From Camelus dromedarius (taxonomy: Eukaryota): 64,000 nucleotides of DNA. The stretch spans positions 80,478,001 to 80,542,000 of the forward strand of contig NC_087436.1 in assembly GCF_036321535.1 (NCBI RefSeq). Reading direction: 5' to 3'. The translations under genes were made by a program, and so were the position numbers. Position 1 is the first letter of the stretch. The number at the start of each line of letters is the position of its first letter. Below are positions 53,302 to 64,000 of this stretch, one piece after another. The notes beneath the pieces were generated by a model. The model ran no database searches. It was not told the origin of the DNA and saw nothing but the letters and a program-made list of their open reading frames with translations.

Positions 53302-54767
53302 TAATCTAGTATAATCTTTTCAATTTATGAAATAGAAAACTGAAGAGTCTACATCTCATTCCTCTTCTGCCCCTACACTAACCACTTCTGTTTGCAGGAA
53401 CTCTGTTATTAAGTCCAGCCAAGTGTGGCAGAGCAGTAATTGGCCACGTCAAAGAAAATGAAAAACAAAAACAAAACAAAACAAAAGAGTGCCTACATGA
53501 AGCAGTACCAACCGCTAAGGTCCCAGGAAACCATCTGTCACATAATATAAACATAGGGATTTCATCTCTCACAAACACTGTGTGTTCTGAAAACATTTAG
53601 TAAGTTTGTTTCCATTGGTTTTCTAGACAAAATGATGGAAACAACATCCAGCCTGTGGTGAGGCACTAAAAAGGGTAAGTGATGCCCTAAAGGAGCACAT
53701 GACTAGGAGGCAGGAGAGCTGGGTTCTAATCACTGCCACGCAGCTGCTGCGGATCACAGCCACTTTCCATAACTGTAAATGACATGAGGAGTTTCATTTA
53801 AATTCTCTTTTGAGTTCATTTTGGCCTTAACACTCAATGATTCCAATACACTAAAATGAATCCCACACTTGGTTGAAAGTCAGCACCCACTGCTTTCAGA
53901 TATAAGGAAAAAGTTTTTTTAAGCTTGAGAAGAAATCTTTGCTATATTTATTTAGTACTAAATACATAAAGCTAAGCTTCCATTTATTGCCTAAGGTATT
54001 AACTAGTTCTTCAGGAGGGCTTTACTGAAATAGGGCTCTCTTCTGGTTAGCAAAGACTAACCCACTACATTCGTCAGCAATGTCTTAAAGCAGCTTTAAT
54101 TCCTATGTGATTTCTTCCTTTATTTATTCCCATCGTTTTTCTCATCTAATCTAACTGACAAGTCAGATAAAACTGAGTTTTAAGCCTGTTTCTGCCATTC
54201 ACTCACATCATCATTTTTAGAGAAAACAAAAGCTCTGAAATCACGGGCTGCTGTGCAAATTAACACGAGATAAGGGATGTTAACCACTAGCATGAAAGTA
54301 CCTTAATAAATCAAGTGTTCAATAAATACTTGTTGAATTAGCATTTTATTGATAATCCTGTCTTTTCCTTTCTAAACTGCTTTAGTCTCCCTCTCCTCAA
54401 CCTTTACTGCTAGACCTCAGCAAAGCCAAGTCATTCCTGCAGCAAGGCCCCCAGTCACAGGAGGTGCAAAGGTCAGCTGTACAGGGCTCTGCCTCACTAC
54501 CGCAGACCCACCATCCTCTCTGCTCTCTCATCCTACTCTCAGTGATGCCGGTGGTGGTGGCGGCGGCAACAGCAGCAGTCACAATTATTTACTAAACAAT
54601 AAATATTTTTATCTCATGTCTATCATGTCTGAAGCAGAGAACCATAGCTCTGGGTATCATTTCACTTAATCCTCCCGAAACCCTTTAGGTAGGTGTCATC
54701 ATTTTCATTTTAGAGATGAGAAATCTGCACTTTATTTCAGAGAACTGGATTCAAACAGGTGTGGGCT

Positions 54768-55042
54768 TTTTTTTAAAATTGAGGTGAAAACACATAACTG
54801 AAAATTTAATCATCTTAATCATTTTTAAGTATAGAGTACAGCAGTGTTAACTACATGCACGCTTTTATGCAACACACCTCCAGAACATTCTCATCGTGCA
54901 AAACTAAAACTCTGTACCACTGAACAACAATTCTTTTCCTTACCCCCGAGCCCCCAGCCCCCAGCAACCAATGCTCTATTTTTCAGTCTGACTACTTTAA
55001 ACACTTATAAATGGAATCACAAAGTATTTACCTTTTTGCGTC
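54768..55042 (-). mobile_element. L1MB-like 3' fragment (sense to WDFY3)
   Basis: T run then attgaggtgaaaacacataac...tggaatcacaaagtattt. Confidence 0.7.
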
Positions 55043-55689
55043 AAACATGTATTTTTAAATACTGTATTTTCCTGTGGACAGATATTCTAAATGTTTGTAG
55101 TTTTGCTTGTTTTGAAAATGTTCTCCCAAGAAAGAGTATCAAAATGATGACAGTATTTCCAGGCTAGCTAACAAAGGTTTACTTAACCTGCTAATGCCAC
55201 TTAAAGAAGAGTGGCAACAGTGGGAAAGAAGGGTTTTTATAGGCAGGGAGTAGAGGAGGTGGCAGAGGCCACTAAAATAAACTGTCTATTCTAAGTGAAA
55301 TATTTATAGGCTAAGGACTTCCTATATATAGACAGCAACAAAATGGACTTTCTTGACATTAGAAGAAATATTACCCAAAACTTATAATGATAACCAATAA
55401 AAGTTTTCCTTGCTTAGTTCATTTTAGAGGTGTTTTTGCTGTATCAAATGTAATCTTAATAACTGAATGTCTGTTGAGAAACAAACTTGTTAATCCCTCA
55501 CTCAAATATTTCTCAAAAGAAATGTGCACATTCAAGAAATGTGACCATTAGAAGAGATAAACTGAGTTTATAATAAACAGTATGAAATACCATAGAAAAT
55601 GGTACAGGCAGAGCATCTATTTAAGGAGTATACCTAGTGTACTTTAAATAGACTGGTACAGATGGCCAGGCAAACAGCACCGTCCATAC

Positions 55690-55851
55690 CTGTACAAAAA
55701 CTTTCTGGAGTAGTCCACGACGTTCTGCTAGAGGTAGCTCATTCTGTGCACCTCCAACTGCCTCAGGCACATGTGGAAGGTCAAAAAACAGATATAAACA
55801 CTTAACCAGGGTGGAAGGCACTGACATCGTTGTCATGCAGTCCACGGTTTT
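55690..55851 (-). CDS. WDFY3: WDFY3 exon 7 (162 nt) KTVDCM...KVFVQ
   Basis: ttccag|AAAACC, CAG|gtatgg; peptide match. Confidence 0.96.
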
Positions 55852-58227
55852 CTGGAAAACAAACCGGTAAGTAAGTGAATAGACAAACAGATGTAACTGT
55901 ACTTGGTATAGGTAAGGAAACTCACAAATTTTAAGCCAGAAAATTATTTATCAAAATAACTTTTTAAATGACTGGAAAAAATTTAAAATGACTCCATGCT
56001 GATGAATACTCATTTTCTGTTTGTCTTAATCAAATATTGAGATGTTTATTATTTATTAAGTTGAGGCAGCATGCTTCAAAGAACATAAGCTTTAGGATTT
56101 AGGAAAAAGAAACCTAACCATGAAATTGGACAAACTAATTTTACTAACTCTTTTTTTTCTCTCCTATAAAATGGATATAATGGTGCATACCTCTTAGGAT
56201 TAATATGAGGGTTATATAAGATAATAAATGCAAAGATAATATTAAGTACTAAACTATATATTAGTAGTTGCTTTACTATCACTTTTATTTTATTCTTATT
56301 GTAGATTCCCAGGGTTGGAAGGACACTTGAAGGATACAGCCATCACTGGCACACAAAAATATTTCTACATTATTTTCAAAGATTACTAGAGGAAGAAATT
56401 TCAGGCCTTCTTTTGGGGAACATTTCAGTATTGTTAAGATGAATGCTATAATAATTATCAAAATCTTTCCATAGTGCAGTTTGGAATAAAAAGTTTTTCC
56501 ATGCTGAAGATCAACAAATTAGAGTCATTTGTTGATTAGTTTATTAACCTTTCTATTGAATATTTACTGAATGCTAGGGCATGTCAGTCAGTGTGTTGGA
56601 AGCTGGGCATGCGATCGTGAAGCACCCCTGCCCTTCAGAAGACTGCAGTTACCAAGGTTTGCCAAAACCTGTAAGTTAACCTCTTAAGTGTAATAATGGT
56701 AGTACATTCAGACTAATATAAAAGGGAACAATCAATACTGCCAGGAGTGGAATGGAAAAGGGTAGGAGTTAAAATAAGAGGGGAAAGATCACCTGAGAGG
56801 GTATACAGGAGGTTGGGCCATATAGTATAGTATGTTTCAGGAACCTGAGTTCAAAGTTTCTGAAAAGCCAAAATAATAATGTCTAATCTTCAGTGAGTGT
56901 TTATTATAGAACAGACATAAGGCTAAGAACTTTAAATACATGCTCTCATCTAATCCTCAAGTCAACCACACAAGGTAGGTTCTATTACTGTATGACCCTC
57001 ACTTTACAAAGGAAGCAGTTGAGGCTCATCACTTTCACACCCTGCCTCGAGCTAGAGAGCTGGTTAAGCAGTCCACAAGTGTGTATGCTGTGCGACCTGT
57101 GCATGTGGTTTCCCATTCTACTTTTACTTTATTTTGCTGGCACTGGGGACCTAATGAAGTGTTACAAACAAAGGAGTAATAGAACCAGATTTCAGAAAAT
57201 TAGCTGATGGTAGTATAGATAATAGATTAAAGAGCAGGGAAGCGAGCGTAATTAGGAAACTAGCACAGAAAACCATGAGAGATGGGGCCTGAAATAATGC
57301 AGCAGCCAGGTAATGGGGAGGAGAGAGAGCTTAATGAACAATCTTTTGCAAGATCTGGCCCCTTTCTACATACCCACGATCACTTCCCTCCCGTAACACT
57401 CAAAAGCCCCTTGCTCTTCTCACCTACAATTTATTATTTCTAGGCCCATGTCTCCAACTAACTCTCAGTTCAAGTGTCTGTTCATGCCTGAAACTTTCCT
57501 TAATTCTTCATCTTTCCTCCTACCTTCACCTGCAAAATTTATAGCTCCCACATTTCTATTTTCACAGCACTACATACAGCCCATCATTGCATTTCATAGT
57601 ATTATCTTCGTCCACCTCATCTCCGTCATCTACACTTGTCGATTCAGGACCATGCTTTAGTCATCCCTGTATCTCACTGCTGCCAGCAGAAAATGGCATG
57701 GGAACAAGTCAGCTCAAAACATAACACTGAATTTTCTTTTAAGATGCCTCTTTTTCCAATTGGATTATTACTAGCCAACCCTTCCAATTAAGCAAAATGA
57801 TATGATTTTTCATTTTCATCTTACAATTGATAGATTAAAAGGTAATTGGCAATATTCACAATTCTAAGCAATTAGGTTACTCTTGATCATTGTACTTTTA
57901 AGGACGTCTATCCATCTGCGTATGTTTAAGTTAATACACATTTATGACTTTCCACTGTGTGTTAGGTTAGGTAGGACACAGCCTCTGCTCACAACTGAGA
58001 AAGAAAAATATAATACCTACAGAAAATAGGAATAAAATTTAGAAATGCTCCAATTATGCATTACTATTTTACATGTTATTCCAAACCAAACCAAGTTTTG
58101 GACAGTAATATAGAGAGGCATTGATAGCTACCATCAACAGCAAGTAGACTGGTATTTCGATAGTCATCGGGTACGGTCACAGATACTTGAAAACAATGGT
58201 CCACTTTAGGACTATCTGCAGGTTACT

Positions 58228-58338
58228 CAGGGTGAATAAACATCTCCTTTTGCCCTGGACTGAGGAATTCCTGGGATGTGGGCCCTCTATGCTAAAGCTC
58301 TGACAGTTCTAGTTCAATTAGGGCAAGTTGGTCTGACT
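58228..58338. mobile_element. MER81-like hAT MITE
   Basis: cagggtga...tttgccctggactgagg...gggatgtggg...agttggtc. Confidence 0.6.
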
Positions 58339-58931
58339 CCTTTCTGATTTAAAAAAACAAAACAAACCAGCAAACAAAAAAGGAAACAAGCCATTCCAAA
58401 GGGGGAAAAAAAAACCAAGTGCTACTCACGTCGGGCTAGTTACTAGTTTCAGGATACGGTTAATTGGGAATACGCACTCTTCTCCTGTGGCCTGTCAGTG
58501 GTAGTATGACTGGTGTCACAGTCACTTTCAGAAACTCCGTGAGGTGTTTGAAAGTCCACAGTAATTTAGACAATAGCCATTCTCAAGACCAGTATGGGCT
58601 TTGATAGGTAATTCTATTCTGGATTTTAGAAGGTTGAATAAACTTCCTTCATCCCCAAAACGTCACAGGTCAATAATCAGGTATCCAAACCGCACACAAA
58701 TGATCACATGGCATATATATCATGACAGATGATTAAGGCTGGTTTAAAGGGGGAGGAGGGGAGGGCAATCTGCAGAATGAATCAAGTGGGAAGGTAATAC
58801 ATATTATCGTGAAAATGCCAATATTTCCTTATTTTCCATAAAAATTAGAAAAATTTTAAAGTATTTTACATGTGCCTTATTCCCTGTTAGCTAAGGGAAC
58901 TTACGTGAATCTGAGGTGATTCTTCCTCAGC

Positions 58932-59099
58932 CAGAGTTTCCCTAACGTGGGTTACAGGAGTGTTGGGCTGGGCCTGTGGGGCTGGAGCTCCTGGGCCGCT
59001 GCCCTGTGGCCACAGGCAGGCCATCTCCTTGCCCAGTGTGCTGTACCAATGGTACCACAATCTGTGTGTGTTAGGACGTGACAAAGATAGAAAACACTG
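58932..59099. mobile_element. Possible ancient hAT-Charlie MITE
   Basis: Termini cagagtttccc / gaaaacactg; GC-rich interior; no TSD seen. Confidence 0.4.
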
Positions 59100-59319
59100 C
59101 TCTAAGTCAGGCATTTCCTCATGTGTACAATGGAAACATTAACCTCTTTATAGAGATGTTGTGAGAAGCCTGGAATAATGTGTAAGAAGAATTAGAAGAA
59201 TACAATGATTACTGTAAAATCCTATTTGGATATGATAAATTTAATTTCATAAAACCCCAAGAGGATTGAAAAAAAAAAAAAAGAGGGTGCGTTGCCAAGC
59301 ATGAAAACAAAGAACTCAC

Positions 59320-59429
59320 CTGACCAGAGGATGCTAACAAATTAATTGTTGTCAGAAGCATCCAACCTCTACTGGCTTCTTCACTCTGATTGATTTCCAA
59401 GAACTGGACTATGGCCCGACTTGCAGCCT
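59320..59429 (-). CDS. WDFY3: WDFY3 exon 6 (110 nt) EAASRAIV...LASSGQ
   Basis: tttacag|AGGCT acceptor, CAG|gtgagt donor; ORF track peptide EINQSEEASRGWMLLTTINLL. Confidence 0.96.
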
Positions 59430-60599
59430 CTGTAAAACCAAAGGGAAATCATTAGTTGAGAAGAAATCACATATAAGGAAGTTCTTCCTTGAAACCTGCA
59501 AAAAAAATAATCATTTACTAAGCATATACTTTATATCAGCCCTACTACATGCTCAAGAGAGCAATGTTTTAATGGTATTCATAGATACCATCATATCAGT
59601 GCAGAATGTAAAAGTCAACCTATGTATTTAGGAAAAGGTATATCACAAACTCGTCAAAAAGAGTCAGGAGGGAGGTGAAATTTGAGCTAAACTCACCAGG
59701 AAAACAAGTATATATGTCTGTCTAGATAGGGGGAGGCAGGAAGGAGAACAGAGATTAGGAATACTGTATTAAGACAAAAGTGTGGCTAGATGAATGAGCT
59801 AACTATGTACAGATCAAGATGAAGAACTGTAATAACACAGGGTTCACATTCTAGAAGAGCGTATGTTGAGAATTAGAGTCTAATATCAATAACAGTGATA
59901 GAGAATGTCTATTTATGAAGGAAAGTAAGCTAAGGGCTGTATCTGTATTTGACTCTTTGGACAAAAGAGAACATACGTAGTTTCTTGAGCAAAGTAGATG
60001 ATGAAAGGATTATTCTAAAACTATTAATTTAGAGTGATATGTATGGCAAACTGCAAGGGCAAAGAGACTGATGGGGGAAACAAATCAGGAGCTTGCCTCA
60101 GTGGTACACGCAAGAGGTGACTTGAACAGCTGACAGTAGGAACAGAGGAACAGTGAGAGAGTCATTCATAGAACTGCAGTGTTGGAAGAATCCCTGAAAG
60201 TCAATTTAGTTGATTATGTTTTTAAAGATACGGAAAAATGAATAAATCCCTAACCATGTACTCTATCAGCACAGAGTTCATCGATTTCTATATTGATATA
60301 GGAGATGAAGTCAAGTCATCTTTAATTAAAATGAGAAGTCCACTCTGTTCACTCTAGACCAACACATTAAGTTACTAACATACACTAAACACACGTCATA
60401 AAGACGCAGGATGCATAATAAATAGAATTTAGATGACTTTAGGGGTGTTTTTTCCTTCCATTTAAGACAAACAAGACAAAAGTGTTTTTATCACATAAGT
60501 GAATTAATACAAGACTTACACATGGTACTGTGCTGTGCATATTTCACCTTTATTTACTTTCATTTGAAAGAACATTTTAAAAGGAAAAATTTTTAGATA

Positions 60600-60800
60600 C
60601 CTTATTCTTACTGAGTCTTAACTATGTAACAAACACTGTTTTAAGTATTTGTAGATGTAACTCATTTAATCTTTACAAGAACCCTATGAGTTAATAGCTA
60701 TTTTTATACCCCTTATTATAATATAAATTGAGAAATGAAGAGGATAAGTAATTTGCCTACAGTCAGGGGTAGAACTTATATTCAAATCCAAGCTGTCTAG
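60600..60800. mobile_element. MIR remnant
   Basis: ctcatttaatcttta...aagtaatttgcc...attcaaatccaagctgtct. Confidence 0.65.
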
Positions 60801-63800
60801 TCTGTAAGAGGTAGTTCACAGTAGTGATCTAAAAAAAAAAGGACTTACTGGAAAAGGGGGAAGTCAATGGAAGCCTGATTTGCTTCTGATATTCAGTATC
60901 TCCTAAGTGCTGAAATTACTGTATTCATATACTCACTGATTTATAGCCTCTTGCCCCTCTCTAGAAAATAAACACCATGGGAGCAGACTCCTGGTCCGCC
61001 TGGTTCAATGCTGCTCCCTGGTATGAGGCACACCACTGGCACTAAGTGGGTCCTCAATAAACATCTGTTAAATGAGTGAATAAATCAACCCAAGGAGATC
61101 AAAGGAGGACACGCTGAATTCAACCTCCTGAACATCAGGAGGTTTGGATTTACTACGGGCAACGGATTCCTGAAGGTTCTGAAAGGAGGAGTAATACAAA
61201 GAAAGCAATGTTTAAGGATGATTAAATAGAGAAGGGAGAAAACAAAAGACCACCACTGAGAAACCACCTTTAGCAATCATGGTTTAAGATCATTGGTAAA
61301 AACTGACCTGCAAATTTCTCCTGCAAGCAACAATGGACCTAGACATTTGCTAGGTAACAGGACCCATCCTTCCATGATAGGAATTAAATGTGTATATGAG
61401 GAAGACAGCTTCTTCTAAATTGCCTAAAATTCTCAACCAAAGGCTGACATGCTACGCTTTCATTTCCTAGCTGTTTCATAATTAGGGAACTTTGGTTTTA
61501 AATTGTACATTTCCAGTTTCATAATCTTAAAAAAAAATACTTGTAATCTTCAAATTGATTATTTCACAGTTAAACCAATATAGTGAAATTCTATTTCATA
61601 AAGACAAAACAAAACACTGATTAGTAAATGGACTGGTTAATACCAACTATGCCTTGCACAGAGGGGGAAAAATAGATTTTGAAAAATTAAACCTGCTTTA
61701 AGAGATAAAGTTATCCTGGTATAGAACTTAGAAACCTATAGATATGACACATTCTGAGTGACTCTGGACATTTTTGGATATTACTTAACACTACTAACAT
61801 TAAAAGAAAACTGGACAAATGTGTATTTTCATACATATTTCATACATTTTCATACATATTTCAATTACCAATTATAAACAATGAATGCCAATGGTTACTT
61901 TGAGAATCAAAACACCAAACATGTACTCTTGGTTTGAAACAGTTCTATTTATCTGATCAATGGCATTTATACAAGTATGTGGTTTCTTTTATTTTGGCTG
62001 ACAATGAACATTAAGATATTCCTCAAGATAAGACAATTTTTTAAATGTTCTATTTGTTATTAAACAACAGTTCAATAGATTGCTGAGCTGATCAAATGAG
62101 ATAATACACATGAAAATCAACTTTGAAAAAGATCAAGACAGTAAAATTACTAATGGTATCTTTAACAATTAAGCCAACTTAATAATTACAACTGTTGTTT
62201 TTGAGAAGGTGGAGAAGACCTAAGTTACATGAGCAATAGTGTATAATTACGTTATCTGACTCTGAATTGCAAGTTCATACAGATAAAGAGGTCTGGACAG
62301 AAGCTGTAGTTAAATGATATATATGGGAGAGACTGAAAAGTCTCACTGACAAAATAAATCATCTCTGCGTAACAAATTAAAAACGTAGTTCAGAAGAACT
62401 GTTTTACTGTCACCTGCTAATTTCAGTATGTTGCCATTGAAACACCTTAATCGGATCTCCCACTTAACTTTAAATGAGTCAAGGAGCTCATGGTAAAAGG
62501 ATACAAATTTAGTGCTATCTTTAAAAAATTATATGGACTAAAAAGTAATTTTTAACTTTTATGAATCACAGAATTTCTTAAAACTTTGAAAGAAAAACAT
62601 TCCTAGTCAAAGAATGTTGTATTAGTCTTTTAATTTCACTAATACTTAACAAATACATATTTAAATGATGATTTTACTTAAGGTTATGAGAATTAATAAA
62701 AGAAATGATCAATATTAGCCCATCTTGAGAGTTGCCAATCATTTGATTTAAGCTTCAGCTTTCATGCTGCATTTCAGTACATACAGTTAGATGCAAAAAC
62801 ACAGAAGGGGAGTTAGGAGAGCTCATTATCAGATTAAATAAGAATAGAACACAGACAATTTTAAAAGAAATGTATGTTCCCAGCCTACACTGAATAAATT
62901 AAATTAGACAGCATTCAGAACAAGCAGAACACAAAACCTGTTAATTCTAAGTGTAGTACAACAGTTTTCTTTTGCAAAGTCCATTTAAAGCATAGTCATT
63001 TTCAAACTTATGCTTCAGGCTGATTATGTGAGACACATTAATAGTATTACACTTATTTCATTAATGAAAAAATCAAGCCCTAAACACCCCTTCCCACCTC
63101 CCTCCCCCCCAAAAAAAACACTTCCACAAGTTAGTCAGTAAAATAGTATTAGGACTCAGAGCTTCCATGCTTCTTTCTGTTTGATAATACATAACCACAC
63201 CTTGGGAATGAGATTACCTGAAGGTGTTGTGCCTTTGAAATCCTTGGCAGACAGCGGGGCACACTGTTTTTCTGTTTAAAAAAAAAGGCCAGGTTGTCTA
63301 ATTGGGGATTCACTACATTATACTAATCTCGCCACAAGATGCCAACTGTGGTCAGCATCACCTGGCTTCTACGGCACTGGGCCTCCGCCCAGTGGGGAAT
63401 GCACCACTGGGCACTACAGTGGCACCCAGCATGCAGAAAAGTCATTAATAATAAACTGAAGATACTATTTTTACACAGGTAGAATTTTCTGCTTCAATGA
63501 TGTAAATCAATCATGTGCCTTTAGAATTAAGAAGACTGAATGGCTGAACACAGCAAATAAACAGAAAAGACGAAGAAGAGTCTTAAGCCATACCTTGTAC
63601 ACAATATGGCCACAAAATTATTTTCTCAAATTAGTTGAGAGAGTCACTACATATACTGAACAAAATCACAGGGAGGCAATAACCAAGAGAGAATTAAGGG
63701 AGAGAAAACAGAACAGTGACGTTGCCCTAATGTATTACACATCAGTCCACATACTCATTTTGCATGTTGATATACCCAAAACATTCCATTTTTACTAATT

Positions 63801-64000
63801 TCTGACAGATAGATTTAAATAACAGAATTTCAGGTAAGTATGGTTCCTACTGAGACATCTACAATCCCTGTTAGAAGTGACCTGGTAAAAAGACTTGATG
63901 TGTGAATGGGGATCAGGTAAACAGAATAACAAGTATTTCACATCAAATTCAGAGAAGTCCTGGAAAAATAATCTTGCTCTAAAGTGCAACACATAGAGCC

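Larger units (their letters stand above)
1..64000 (-). other. WDFY3: WDFY3/ALFY gene body (partial: intron 5 to intron 29; both ends outside window)
   Basis: 24 colinear minus-strand exons splice into one frame matching recalled human WDFY3 from EAASRAIVQFLE to FPSSNDLLR. Confidence 0.98.

Noticed and set aside
54545..54580. GGT/GGC/GCA triplet run as a coding poly-Ala tract
   Set aside because: No splice context; low-complexity sequence next to a MIR
1179..59429. Missing, duplicated or disrupted WDFY3 exon, or U12 intron
   Set aside because: All 24 exons are in order with compatible phases and GT-AG U2-type sites
59430..64000. WDFY3 exon 5
   Set aside because: Expected peptide VFGNAPPNTMTEKF not found; it lies beyond the window

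Overview
Mammalian genomic DNA, most likely camelid, judged from Vic-1-like tRNA-derived SINEs and artiodactyl-type L1 3' UTRs. The whole window lies inside WDFY3 (ALFY, BEACH-family selective-autophagy adaptor) on the minus strand. I traced 24 consecutive coding exons by hand, equivalent to human exons 6-29 (numbering recalled from the human reference) and covering about aa 102-1585. All have GT-AG boundaries and mutually compatible phases, and I saw no stop or frameshift. The introns contain ordinary mammalian repeats: L1, L2, MIR, hAT MITEs, a solo LTR, three lineage-specific SINEs and microsatellites. I found no RNA gene, CRISPR array or convincing new biological system. The best leads are modest: a triple-nested L2>LTR>L1 insertion hitting the LTR poly(A) signal, two exact MiT/TFE M-boxes in an autophagy gene, a candidate poison exon, and candidate alternative splicing or polyadenylation around exons 14-15. 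Repeat family names and the boundaries of old repeats are by-eye and approximate.
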